A stretch of 64,000 nucleotides of DNA from Octopus vulgaris (GCA_951406725.2 OX597827.1:79794001-79858000), one strand, 5' to 3'. Positions 13,750 to 28,308 are shown, counted from the stretch's first letter. Made by a program: numbers and translations. Notes: generated from the sequence alone by a model not told the origin.

Positions 13750-14150
13750 GATGCCTTAGGGGTGGATTAAATCAACACCATTTGCATTACAGTTTAATTT
13801 GTTCCTCCTTGGTTATCATTCCCTCCAGACGTATTGCTGTTGCTCTAAGTTTGAAATGCTTTCATCATTACTGTCTGCATTAGTAAGTCAAGTAATTTTA
13901 TCATTCACATCATCCATCCCCTGTACAGACAAGTTTCTCTAACTTCCACTATGGTTCCTCTCATTTCAAACCATAATTTTTCACAAAGTTTTATTCGGCA
14001 ACCATTTCCAGAACTGTTGCATTTGGCACATTCATAATTTACTACTTTCTATAAAACCCCATCTTCAATATTTTTTTCAATTCAGGAGATCTGGCTACTG
14101 AATTCTCTTCTACAGTTGCACTGTCCCCTGCAGCCCTCACATGAAGGACT
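13750..14150 (-). mobile_element. pogo/Tigger-like transposase remnant
   Basis: Minus translation fragments AGDSA..ELKK(I)IEDG..IMN..FWKWLPNKT..CNANG resemble GEAASAD..EGGY..FNxDETGLFWKxMP..NASG. Heavily decayed. Confidence 0.45.
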
Positions 14151-14739
14151 CTAAATAGTCAAATAATCCCCAAAATATTCTGTTATCTTTTATCTTCGAT
14201 TTGTATGAGTTGTTCAACTGCAGCCATCCTGGGGCACTGCCTAGAAGAATTTTAGTCAAACAAATAAATCAACCCAGTACTTATTTATTATTTTTTTAAA
14301 CCTGGTACTTATTGGTCTCTTTTTCAGAACAGCTAAGTTATTGGGATATAAACACACCAACACTGGTTGCGAAATGGTGGGGGGTGGGGGGCAAAAATAC
14401 ACATACGCACACACGTATCTGTCTGTCTGTCTGTCTGTCTGCTTGACTGAATGACTGACTGTATATCCAAAAGTAAGTTTAAAGGGACATATTATCTTGG
14501 CAGTTACTGCATTTCCTCTTAATCCAGTTTCAGATGTTAGCTAACTCCAATGATCCTTTTGTGAGACCCAAGCTAATGATGAGTTGCTGTGGTAACTTTT
14601 CTCGCTGGGTAAATCTGAGTGTCCTGTTCAGGACTGCATAATTTCTATAGAATAAGTAATGGTATTAATAATGATAGGGAGAATGGAGATTTTTCACATC
14701 CATAATTTTATTTAACAATTATTTACAGCATCCTTTACT

Positions 14740-14825
14740 GGACCTACATGCATTTCAACTGCATCAACCAGATACTGTTGGATATGCAACCTGATGTCAT
14801 AGTCCGTGCAGTTTCATCAGGGTCC
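14740..14825 (-). ncRNA. Type I hammerhead ribozyme motif (intact core)
   Basis: Minus: GGACC-CTGATGA-AACTGCA-(43 nt)-TGCAGTT-GAAA-TGCATG-TA-GGTCC. Stem I is 5 bp, stem II is 7 bp, the stem III loop is near-palindromic, triplet GUA. Confidence 0.8.
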
Positions 14826-15179
14826 TTACTCTCTGCTGTTTCAAAGAGAAACTGAGGGAATCAACAAACTGAATGAATAAAATGTTTTTTGGAGGTATGG
14901 GTGCTACTATTGATAGTTGTAGGAATCTTGACCTAGTGTTCACTTCTACTAAATGTTGTAGGTGATACAAAACAAAGTCCTAAAAACAGGTCAAAGTTAG
15001 ACTGAAAGTTTATGTAGATTTATCACTACTATTAGAAGTTTACTACTCCACTCATTTCAAAGACAATATTCTTAGTTTAGAGGAATTCAATCAAGTTTAA
15101 TTGATTTTTTGGTTCTTTTCACAATTGTTGTTCTAATAAATTTTATTATTATATAAAGTGTAATGTGTTTATTTGAATT

Positions 15180-15370
15180 ATTTAGATGTGAATTTTCTTG
15201 CATGAAGGCATCTTAGAGCACATTCGTGTCTTGTGTATCTTAGATTACATTTAGAAGTGAAAATTTGGTACATTTCCTCTATGCACAAGTCACATCTTTT
15301 ATCCCTTATTCTTTTAAGGTTTAGCCTTACTATTAATATCCCAACCAATTGAATATATTTTGTTATTATC
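15180..15370 (-). mobile_element. Penelope GIY-YIG C-terminal remnant upstream of the 14740 hammerhead
   Basis: Minus: YSIGWDINSKAKP..DKRCDLCIEEMYQIFTSKCNLRYTRHECALRCLHARKF*, matching the PLE WxI..CxLC..E..CxH tail. Confidence 0.7.
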
Positions 15371-17960
15371 TTTCTGTAACAAAATTAATTTACTTAGGTT
15401 AATAAAATTTTTTTTATGATAGCTATCTTACCAACACTTCATTTATTTAATGTTTATTTCAATGTGAGGTCTACTTCTGGTGTCCCATGGATTGATATGC
15501 TTTGATTCTTATGAATCCATACAACAAAATCAGATACACACACACATACACACATAAACATACGTATATACACACATATGATTATAGATACATATTGTGG
15601 TTATGAGTTATTTTGACTCTTATTTCTAGCAATACTGGTGCTGAATAGTATCCTCAGTCACTTTAGTGGTGTATATATTTTTGCCTTTTGGTTGAAAAAT
15701 TGCTAACAAGCTACCTTTATTATTCATATATATAAAGATACACACACACACAAAGATCAAAGTTTTAATAGTCAGGAAAATAGATAGGACTCAACCATGT
15801 ATATATATACACACATACACACGTTTGTACATTCTCTTTCTTCCCCAGTCTAGTGTGTTATTTATTATTATTAAGGTGGTGAACTGGTAGAACCATTAGC
15901 ATGTTGGACAAAACAGTAAATGGCATTTCATCCATCTTTACTCTATCCTCCAATCTTCCCCTCCTGATGAAGGAAGTCAGTATTATGGCAATGTTTCTGT
16001 ATCCATCTGCTGGTTGCATATCCATAATTTACTTTTTATTTACACTCCCTCTGTTAATTATGTACATTCTAACTATTGTCACAACTATTACATAATATTG
16101 AGCTCTCAGAAACAGCTGTCAAGTTAAAAAACTATACATTCTCCCCTTTGTCCCTCTCTCTCTCACACACACCCATACACATATATAGGAGGCTATACTG
16201 GGCCATCGTCCTCCTCTGCTCATTCTATACATTCTAACTCTACTGTGCTGTACTGCCAGTCAACAGTTCCTTTTCTCTGAATCTCCTCTCTTGATACCCT
16301 CACATATCCTCACAATTATCTCACCACCATTCCCCACTCCCTACCTTTTTCCACCTTTGTTATTGCTTCTGTAACTGCAAATCACTCACCCACCCCTATT
16401 TAATCTCACCTTTTCTTTATCAGCTCTTACTGTCTCTGTCCACCTGCTATTGTCAATCATTCCCTTCTCCTCAATTACCTCTACATATCCCTGCCTTCTT
16501 GCCCTCATACTGTTTTTTCCTTCTACTCTCCCACCTATTCCGATCCTTCTCAGTCCATTGTCCTTTCCCCTCTTTCTCTCCAGTTCCCCTCCTTGGTCAC
16601 CCATGCACGCTCTCTTCAGCCCTGCTCTAGACCTACACTTACTCTCCTATCCCTGCCACTCTAATAACCATTTCTGGCCTTTCTCTCTTCGTTCTTCCAT
16701 TTCTAAATGTTCATTTACTGTGTACAAACCCCATCCACACCTACCATTCACCAGGTAAAGTGGTTACTTAAATGGAAAGAGGTCCTTCAAGCCCTGTCTC
16801 ACCAAGGGATATTCAACCTCTTTTGCATTGATGCCAAAGCAAAATGCATTCAATATATTCTGGAAAGTGGTTGACATTAGGAATGGCTGTACAAACCAAG
16901 CCAAATGACAAGTACAGACGCAAAGACTTTGGAAGTTGTACCTCCCTATGTGGAGTGACTTGGACCCATAAAGACTGTCCAGCTCTTGCTAGCAGAGGAA
17001 GTGCATGTAAAATGATGATGATATATTGATGTGTGTGTGTGTGCATGTATAAAGCTGAATATATATATATATATATATATATGTGTGTAGTGAGAGAGAG
17101 AGAGATAAATGTGTGTATACATACATGTGTGAGTGTTTGTGTACATGTGAAATTGGTAGAATGATTTTTTGTTTTTGTCCATGTTTGTCTTTTTCTATAA
17201 GTAGCTCTCACCAGTCGATGAGTTCTGGTCTTTTGTTTAATGTTTGTTTCTTATCTCTGGCTAATTGTAAGTCACGGCCACCACTAGAAGGATATTATTT
17301 GACTGGTGTAAAAGGATGTGTGTCATTAAGGTCAGTGGATCTGGCTAACACAACTATAATAGTGCCCTGCCTGAAGAAGCATTCACACTAACAATCACCC
17401 AGGACTTGTTCTTTGTAAGTCTAGAACTTATTCTATCAGTCTCTTTTGCCAAAACGCTAAGTTACAGTGATATAAACATACTAGCATCTGTTGTCAAGCG
17501 ATGGTGGGGGACAAACACAGACACCTACACATAAATAGATACACAGAGAGATAGAGAGATAGATATACATACATACATATGTGTACATAAATATATCGTT
17601 TTAATATTTAGTTTGCAAAATTCTTAATGTGAATTTGTGTCTTGAAACAAAACTTGTGTCTTAGAAGAGTGATATATATGTGTGTGTGTGTGTATACATA
17701 GATATAGATATATGTGTATGTATGTTATATATATATGTGTGTGTGTGTATACATATATGTATGTATCTGTATATATTCAAACTTTTACTTGTTTCAGCCA
17801 TTGAAAAGTGGACATGCTGGAGCGCTGCTTTGAAGTGTTTGGTCAGCAAATTGCCCAGACTACATATCTTTAAAGCCTGGTACTTATTCTAAAAGTCTCT
17901 TCTTGCCAAACAACTAGTTTATGAAGATGTAAACAAACCAACACCAGTTTTCAAGCAGTG

Positions 17961-18027
<67 letters not shown>

Positions 18028-18041
18028 ATACATACTTACAT

Positions 18042-18074
<33 letters not shown>

Positions 18075-18236
18075 TTTATATATTTGCTTTGCAAGATTCT
18101 TGATGTGAATTCATGTGTTGAAACAGATATTGTTGTATTTAGGGATGGTCATGTTGCCAGTTTAGCCAATAAAGACACACACACTGTACATTTAGCGTTC
18201 ATTTGCTTCAGCTTTATTTGATGTTAATCGTATTTC

Positions 18237-18281
18237 GGCCAGATTTCTTTCGTCCCATTTCTGTGACCTCATCAGTGGTCC
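18237..18281 (-). ncRNA. Minimal type I hammerhead ribozyme motif (intact core, two stem mismatches)
   Basis: Minus: GGACCA-CTGATGA-G-GTCACA(GAAA)TGGGAC-GAAA-GAAA-TC-TGGCC. Stem II is capped by a GAAA tetraloop, triplet AUC. Confidence 0.6.
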
Positions 18282-18643
18282 TTTACTTTCTTCTTTCTTT
18301 TTTTTTTGTGTCTGTCCTTACTGATGGTCAGCCAGTTTGTATTCCTAATGTGTGTGTCTTTATTTGCACATCCATATACCCCTGTGTGTGTCTATGTTTA
18401 GTAAGTGTGTGTGTGTGTGTGGGGGGGGGTGCCTGTATTATCAGTATTGTTCATGTGTTTATACCTATTTATTTTTCTATTCTTTCTTTTTTTGCATTTA
18501 ATTTAACTTATTTTGTTAATGTAGGTAGTTATTTAATTCCATTTGTTTATCTGTGTATTGTATTATATTATGTTCATATTGTTATCAGTTTATGGGAATC
18601 TTATTCTGTCATATGTTGTGGTGTGTTGCTGGGTGTGCGTGTA

Positions 18644-18692
<49 letters not shown>

Positions 18693-18712
18693 GTATGTAT
18701 ATATATATATAT

Positions 18713-18751
<39 letters not shown>

Positions 18752-19162
18752 TAGATAGATATCAAATAAGAGAAGTGAGGTAAGAGAATAGATGTTTATT
18801 CCACTCGTTCACAGCTATTTCATAAAAGAGATTATGCATAAAATATCTCAAAATATTTATCCATGATCCATTGATATTAAGAACTAAATTGATATTTGGT
18901 CATTAAGTTGAGTATATTGCAGCAAATGTAGTGAGAAATTTTACATGTATACAGACATTTGGCTAAAATGATCCATAAGAGTAGAGAATGTTTAGCAATA
19001 TACAGAAACACATTCACACACACTCACACACACACACACACACACACGTATGTAATTAATACATTTCTAAATATCTACTTAAGTTAAGAATCAATGGAAA
19101 TACAAACAACGTACAGTTCTAAATTTAAGAGATAAGGAATTATGTACATTATTTACATTATT

Positions 19163-19611
19163 TACATTTGACGAATATCTGTCCTCATCTTGTTTTTTGT
19201 CAACACAACTTTTCGGCTGATATACCCTCCAGCCTTTATTGGGTGTCTTGGGGAAATATCAAGCCTGGGTTTTCATTCCTAAGGTATTTTTCGATGTTAT
19301 TATTAATATTAGTATTATTATTATTCAGGTCACTGCCTGGAATTGAATTTAGTATCTTGGGGTTAGTATGTCATGCTCTTAACCACTATGCATATGCCTG
19401 TGGGCAATTATGGAGTGAATTTTAGGGCTTATAAATCTAATATTTTCCTATCCTTCCTTAATAATAATATTAATAATAACAGTGAAAAATACCTTAGGAA
19501 TGAGAACTTAGGTTCAAAATTTCTCCAAGACACCTGATGAAGGCTGGAGGGTTTATCAGCCAAAACGTGTTAACAACAAAGAAGATGAGGACAAATATCC
19601 ATCAAATGAAA
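19163..19611. mobile_element. tRNA-headed element with a hammerhead-bearing tail, plus an inverted copy of the tail
   Basis: Arms ~19163-19312 and ~19459-19611 are inverted copies. Between them is a minus-strand tRNA-like head (TAGTGGTTAAGAGC..AATTCAATTCCAGGCAG, ~19326-19398). Combining the arms gives GACAC-CTGATGA-A-GGCTG..CAGCC-GAAA-CG-T-T-GTGTT. Confidence 0.7.
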
Positions 19612-20065
19612 ATACAAATAATATATATATATATATAAGAGAGTTTGTATGTTTGTGTGTGTATGTTCCTTATGCATTTGAAAACTGAGTTGCCAATTTT
19701 GATGTATGGGGTATCAAAAGATTCAGTAATCTTTTGGCACAACACTTTTTCACTACTAAAATAACCTTGGAAACAAGCTTGGGTGATACAATTTTGAGGT
19801 CGTTTTCAGGCAATATTTCAATTTGCTTCTAATGTTTCAGTTTTGTCCAATGTTTCGCACATGCATAGAATTCTACTCAGACTGACATTTATGAAAATGT
19901 ACATATAAATATTGTATTAAAATATGCCACAACCAAAACCTTTCATTAAAAGACAGTAATTTCTCTATATGTTATGAGGAAATACAGTCACTCACACTCT
20001 CTCACATGCACACATACATACAAAACAGATGTATGCATATATATTTATGTACATGTTAAAGATAA

Positions 20066-20096
<31 letters not shown>

Positions 20097-21364
20097 AAGT
20101 GAGTACCACTTACACATGCATGCAAAATAATACATATATGACAACACACACCTTCACCCACTCACTCTCATGCACACATACACACACACACACAAACGCT
20201 CATTTCATGTACATATACATACATCATTCACTTTCTGCTTTTACTTTGAAGCAAATGTTGCCTTTTCACTTTCTCCTCTTTTTCAATTTCTGCTCTCTTC
20301 AAAGCATAAATAAATAAATAAATAAATTTTTATGAAAATTGACTCTCATATGATACCATACGATTGACCATATGATTGAGTTGACAACTTTGCTGCTTCA
20401 AACAAAAGAATGTCATAAAATAACTTCCTTTGGCACACACACACACACACACTCACTCTAGGTAAAGCTTTTGTACGAATTATGTTATTTCTGACTGTGT
20501 GCACGTGCAAAATTACAGCTCAAATCCAATTGAAATGACTGTTTTCTATTCTGCAATTTGTGTTTGTGATAAGCATATTTAAAAACCTGATCTTTGATAT
20601 AAACTTAAAAGGAAGTTTTCCCAGAAATCCAGTCCTTGTTGTTTCTAGCAAATCTGAGGAGACATTTGTGCCCCTCGCCACACCTTATTGTTTTCCTAAA
20701 TTTCTCCTGATTCCTATGTTTACAGGAGATTAGGATTTTGACCATAAAACACGTTCTTGATATTTTAATTTTCTCCCTTTCCACCCCAATTTCTTCATAT
20801 TTTAAACTTTTTTCCAAATTTTCTTCTTCCTTTTTTCTTAAAGAAACTCTAAAATCTCCTTCCCAAGCATCCACCCATCACCTTGACTCTTTCAAGAAGC
20901 TACAAACTCCCAACGTTATACTTTTAATGTTTTGGAAAAGCAGGAAGGTTTCTTCAGAAATGTCATTTACCTGTTGTACGTAGCATGTCAGGTTTTCTGG
21001 TGGTGGTCTGGCTATTTCAGTACAATTCTATGCATGCATGAAACATTAGATGAGAGTGAAGCATTGGGAAATTTTAGCTTCTTGAAAGCGAGTAGGTGAT
21101 GGGTGGGTGAGGGGCATTGAGTGTTTCTTTTAGAAAAATCAAACTACAAAAACAAATATATATTTCCCAGATTCGTAATCTCTGTATTTTTCTACATGGA
21201 TAGAAAAAAATTTGAAACCAGTTACAACTTAAGAAATTGCGGTGGGGATGGGGGAAATTAAAATTTTGAAAATGTGATTTCTGGGCAAAATCATATTAAC
21301 CCCCTTTTATACAATGAAACAATACACATTTTGTGATTCTGCACATAAAAAAGGAAGAAATAAT

Positions 21365-21575
21365 CTTTTCTGTTCTAGGTACAAGGCTCGAAATTTTGGG
21401 GAAGGGGTCAGTCGATTACCCTAACCCTAACCCAGAACACAACTTGTACTTAATTTATCGACACACAAAAGGCAAAGTCAACTTTGGCGGAATTTGAACT
21501 CAGAACGTAAAGACAAATGAAATACCGTTAACCATTTTACCTGGCATGCTAATGTTTCTGCCAGCTTGCTGCTTT
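21365..21575 (-). mobile_element. tRNA-derived SINE (family S1)
   Basis: Minus: AGCTGGCAGAAACATTAGC..TTCTGAGTTCAAATTCCGCC..GACTTTGCCTTT..TCGATAAATTAAGTAC. Confidence 0.8.
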
Positions 21576-22045
21576 GAAAGGAACAAATAATACAATGTGG
21601 CTGTAGGTCATAACACCCAGGCAATGCCAGGATGCATCGCTTGTCATAAATAAAGAGTAAAAGTTCTCTACATTCCAAATCTCCATCCATATCTATATAC
21701 AGCTGTATAAATACTTATATTTGTCTGATTATGCTTATGCGTATAAACAGATATGTATAATATAGGAATGTATGTGGATATATATATCATCATTGTTTAA
21801 CGTCTGTTTTCCCAGCATGCATGGGTAAGTCAGTTGACAGGAGGCAGCCAGGCATAAGACTACCCCAGGCTACTGTTGTATCTGTTCTGTATATGTATGT
21901 ATTTATACGTATGTGTATGTATATATGTATATATATGTATGTGTGTAAATATATGTATATATATATATATGTGTGTATATACATACATATATATATATAT
22001 GTGTATATATATGTATGTATGTATATATATACACACACACACACA

Positions 22046-22095
<50 letters not shown>

Positions 22096-22161
22096 CCATA
22101 CATGCATATACATATACACACATGCACACACACACACACACACACATACATACATATATAC

Positions 22162-22570
22162 AGGGCTTTGGTCATCCCAAGGTTATATCGCAGAAGACAC
22201 TTGCCCAGTGGGACCAAACCTGGATCCATGTGGTTTCAGAAATCAGCTTCTTACCACACAGCCCCCACACCCACACACTGAACTACACGGATCCAGGTTC
22301 AGTCCCACTGTGTGGCACCTTGGGCAGGTGTCTTCTGCTATATAACCTTGGGATGATCAAAGCCTTGTGAGTAGATTTAGTGGGGAAACTGAAGAAGCTT
22401 GTTATATATGTGTTTGACTTTGTGTCTGTGTTTGTTCCCCACCACCTCTTGACAACTGGTGTTGGTGGGTTTACATCCCTGTACCTTAACAGTTCAGTAG
22501 AAGAAATGAATAAAATAAGAACCAGGCTTCGAAAATAAATAAATAAATAAGTATTGGGGTTGATTTATTC
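22162..22570. mobile_element. Head-to-head inverted SINE pair (family S3)
   Basis: 22162-22262 is a minus copy and 22280-22570 a plus copy. Both share ATATAACCTTGGGATGA and GGATCCAGG. Confidence 0.7.
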
Positions 22571-22840
22571 AACCATCCTTGTTTTTGTATACATTCACTG
22601 CTTTCTTCCAGGGAATCTGATGCTCTTAGCTTAGTTTTTTTTTCTTGGGGCTGGCCATATTGGAGCAGGCTCGAGTTTAAACAGCCGAAATTACAAAGAT
22701 AATCTGGAACTTGGCTGAGGAAAGAACATTCCGAATGACCCATCCTTGTTTTCTGTGTATTGTTTATCTCGATGTTTTGTTGTCCCTTTCATGTATCACC
22801 AAACTGTCTGGATGTTTTGCGTTCTTGTCCCATTTTGTGA

Positions 22841-24075
<1,235 letters not shown>

Positions 24076-24635
24076 GATGGGTATTAGATGAGGATGAGGA
24101 TACTTACACAAACATATACGTATGAATGTATGTATGCATCTTTCAGGTATTTTTGAGCCATTCAATTAAAATTTGTTGAAGAACAGTTTACTATTGCCTA
24201 TTGATTTCTGAAATTCAACACTCCTTTGAGAATCAACAGAAATTTTTTACATATATAAATGTTTGCACATCACTGAATATGTAGAGATATATCACCATCG
24301 TCATCATCATCATCATCATACCACTTTCTTTCATGCTGGCATAGACTGGACAGTTTGACAAGAACAGCGTAGATATATGTGTTTACGTGTGTTTATATGA
24401 CTCTGTGTGTGTCTTAGCATATTTTTCAGTAAGGAAAAGGGATTAAAGCATCTTAAATGTATTGTTAAATGAATCTATATTTTCTAACACCAAAGCTTTT
24501 TTATAGAGAATGTACTTTGTTATTTCTTCATGTATGTACTCATATGTGTTTGTATGCTGGTGTATATGTCTGTGTATGTATATATAGCTATATATACTTC
24601 AATATATTTGTGTAAATATATAAATATACATGGAC

Positions 24636-24670
<35 letters not shown>

Positions 24671-24725
24671 CATGTGTGTGTGTGTGTTCTGTTTTTATGA
24701 TCTTTTATATACAATTTTGCAATAC

Positions 24726-24809
24726 CGCTTCATGCAAACTTTGAAAACTACCGGTGTTTTGTGGTTTACACGATTCACTGAACAGCGGAACATCTGCAGA
24801 ATTGCTCAT
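24726..24809 (-). CDS. Candidate alternative first coding exon MSNSADVPLFSESCKPQNTGSFQSLHEA of an unidentified gene
   Basis: ATG at 24809 with an in-frame upstream TAA, 28 codons, several CpGs in a CpG-poor background, and donor GCG|GTATTG (phase 0). Confidence 0.45.
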
Positions 24810-25158
24810 TGACTGTTGTTACATGATTAATTCTAAATAGCTGTGTATTGTGTGCTTATGACTCTAACCACATGTCAACTGAGAAATCATTGTAGAATGT
24901 TACCTTCCTCCTATGATAGATACACAGACAGACAGACAGACCTATATTGATAACAAAAATACTTACTATACATCTAAAGTACCATTAAAAATATTTTTTA
25001 TGAATGTTCCATAGGTATACATTTAGGTGTATATATATATAGTTTATTTATATTTGTATATACACACATGCACATACATTTAAATAATTGTTTTATACTT
25101 CATACTTAGAAAAAATTTTAAAATTCAGAAATATTCTGCAGTTATCAATTTTACTTAT

Positions 25159-25236
<78 letters not shown>

Positions 25237-25304
25237 AAATTTACAGAAAAACAAAAGATGAAGACAGGTTTATAAACAGCATATAAACAACAAGCGTACA
25301 TGTG

Positions 25305-25336
<32 letters not shown>

Positions 25337-25509
25337 TGTATTTATGTATGCATATGTTTGTGTATGTACATATGCATATATGTATATGTATGTATGTATA
25401 TGTATGAATATGTTTGTGTATGTACATATGCATATATGTATATGTATGTATGTATATGTATGTATATGTGTATATATATGTATGTGTATGTATGTGTATA
25501 CATACATGC

Positions 25510-25542
<33 letters not shown>

Positions 25543-25574
25543 ATATACACACATAAATACATATATATAAATCC

Positions 25575-25757
25575 CCCAAAATGAAGAACAAACAAGAAAA
25601 GGAACAACACAAGAACATGGTACATGCAAAGTATTAGCAGACGCTCGGGGAAGGAAAGAAAGTTGGTTTTATGTTTTGAGCAAAGCTCTTCTTCAGAAAG
25701 AGGAGACAGAGGAAAGTTCAAGAGAAAAGGAAGACGGAGTTAAAAAATCGCCAATGA
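25575..25757 (-). mobile_element. Penelope-type 3' end fragment with a CpG-decayed hammerhead (25667-25699)
   Basis: Minus: TTT-CTGAAGA-A-GAGC(ttt)GCTC-AAAA-CA-TA-AAA. Restoring two CpGs gives GCTCGAAACGTA. Confidence 0.6.
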
Positions 25758-25833
25758 TTTAAATGTAGTTGCATTTTGAAATATGTATATTTACAAATGT
25801 ATATGTATATATGTGTAAATTTATATATTTATC

Positions 25834-25931
<98 letters not shown>

Positions 25932-25941
25932 CATACATACA

Positions 25942-25977
<36 letters not shown>

Positions 25978-26432
25978 TGTCTACATACATACATACATAC
26001 ATACATACATGTATGTATATATATAAGCACACACACATGTTCGCAAGGAATTTATGCATATATTTACATACATGTGTGTGTGTGTGTATCATTATCATCA
26101 TTTTAACCTTCACTTTCCCATGATTGCATAGGTTGGACAGATAACATTCGGCAGACTTTCTATGACCGGGGGGCACTTTCTGTCACCAACCCTCACCTGT
26201 TTACCAAGGAAGGTAATAGTTTCTCAAAGCCAGACGTGTTTACGCAAAATATTGGAAATGAATAACACTGCCTTTATAACAGTGATGATCATTTACAACA
26301 CCAGAAACATACGCACATACTCGCAGGCACACGCATACAAACATATATACATATATAGATACACATATTTGTGGTGTTTGTGTACATATATATACAAACA
26401 CACATATATTTATATATGTGTGCGTGTGTGTG

Positions 26433-26464
<32 letters not shown>

Positions 26465-26558
26465 TATATGTATGTGTGTGTATATATATATATATATATA
26501 CACACATACACACACATGTATATATATGTGTGTGTGTGTGTATGTATATATACATATA

Positions 26559-26598
<40 letters not shown>

Positions 26599-26767
26599 TG
26601 TGTGTGTGTGTGTGTGTGTAAAACAACTGCTCTCCTCCTTCTCCAGGCATCATGTTAATACATTGCTTGTGCTATGTCCTCATGTTTGTTTATTATTTTT
26701 TATGGGTTTTTTTTAATTGACTATATATATATATATACACGAATATATATATACACGAATACATGTA

Positions 26768-27302
26768 TACTTTTTACTTGTTTCACTCATTTGACTGTGG
26801 CCATGCTGAAGCACCACCTTTACTCAAACAAATCGACCCCAGGACTTATTCTTTGTAAGCCTAGTACTTATTCGATTGGTTTCTTTTGCTGAACTGCTAA
26901 GTTACAGGGATGCAAATACACCAACATCGGTTGTCAAGCAATGGTTGGGTGACAAACACTGATACACAAATACATACACACACACACACATATATATACA
27001 TCATTGTGACCGTCACCATGACCGACCAGGCTATCAGATGTTGTTACACATCACTGGTCACAATGCGTTTCGCATTGTTTTTTAGCCTTCAAATGACGCC
27101 ACCCCGCTGGCTAAGTGAGCAGGCCAACCGAAGAAAGAGGGAGAGAAAGTTGTGGCGAAAGAGTACAGCAGGGATCGTCACCATCCCCTGCCGGAGCCTC
27201 GTGGAGCTTTAGGTGTTTTCGCTCAATAAACACTCACAACGCCCGGTCTGGGAATTGAAACCGCGATCCTACAATCGCGAGTCTGCTACCCTAACCACTG
27301 GG

Positions 27303-27379
<77 letters not shown>

Positions 27380-27542
27380 CGACATGCTTCTTTCAGTCTC
27401 CGTGTACCAAATCCACTAACAAGGCTTTGGTTAGCTCAAGGTTATAATTCAAGACACTTGCTCAAGGTGCCACGCAGTTGGACTGAACCTGGAACCATGT
27501 GGTTGGGAAGCATACTTCATACCACACAGCCACTCCTGTGTC
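26768..27542 (-). mobile_element. Full-length SINE (family S3) with an internal microsatellite, interrupted by a second SINE
   Basis: Head GGAGTGGCTGTGTGGTA..GGTTCAGTCC at ~27542; tail ..GGGGTCGATTTG..AGTCAAATGAGTGAAACAAGTAAAAAG at 26768. Confidence 0.8.
27002..27303 (-). mobile_element. CpG-rich tRNA-derived SINE (family S2) nested in S3
   Basis: Minus head GCCCAGTGGTTAGGG..GACTCGCG..GGTTTCAATTCCC. Its 3' part recurs at ~38362-38465(+). Confidence 0.8.
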
Positions 27543-27565
27543 TGTGTTTGTTTGTGTGTGTGTGT

Positions 27566-27603
<38 letters not shown>

Positions 27604-28208
27604 AGGTGTGTGTGTGTGTGTATATATACATGTATGTACATGTATATAGATATGAATATATATACATACATGTCTATATATATAGCTGCATATATATACA
27701 TATATAAATGAATGTGTGCATATGTATATATGCATGTGTGTATGTATATCATTGTTCAGTTTTATTTCAAGATTTCTTGCCAATAGAGAAAGAGCTGGTT
27801 TGTAACCTAGATCCAAGGCTACTTTATTGGAATTTCAACATCAACAATAGGGTATTTTTATTTTTATGTATGTATGTATGTACATGTGTGTGTTTATGCA
27901 TGCTTGTATGTATGGAGGTAGGTGTATATGTATGTACATGTATTTATGACTGACTTCTTCCCATTTGCACAAACCAAATCCACTCACAAGGCAGTAGTTG
28001 GCTGGGGCCCACCGTAAATGACACTTGTTCAAGGGATCATACGATGGGAGGGAGGAGAAAACCATGTGGCTGTGAAGTAAACTTCTTAAGCATGCAACCA
28101 TGACTGCACCTCTTGCCCAAGCTCCCACATGGAGGGACTGAATCCAGAACCATGCGATTGGGGAATAAACTTCACACACATAAACATGTATATGTTTATG
28201 TGTGTTAG

Positions 28209-28241
<33 letters not shown>

Positions 28242-28258
28242 ACACATATAGATACATA

Positions 28259-28308
<50 letters not shown>

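Noticed and set aside
15964-16125. CTGATGA ... GAAACAGCTGTC as another hammerhead; similar partial motifs at ~17371, ~18815 and ~22714
   Set aside because: Stems I and II could not be paired convincingly. At most these are decayed Penelope tails.
19326-19398. Functional tRNA gene
   Set aside because: Decayed B box and arms; better explained as a SINE head.
20605-20874. ORF with a CGEGH zinc-knuckle-like remnant (LINE ORF1?)
   Set aside because: Motif incomplete and no adjoining ORF2 evidence.
21418-21433. CCCTAACCCTAACCC telomere-like motif
   Set aside because: Only ~2.5 units inside a SINE; not significant.
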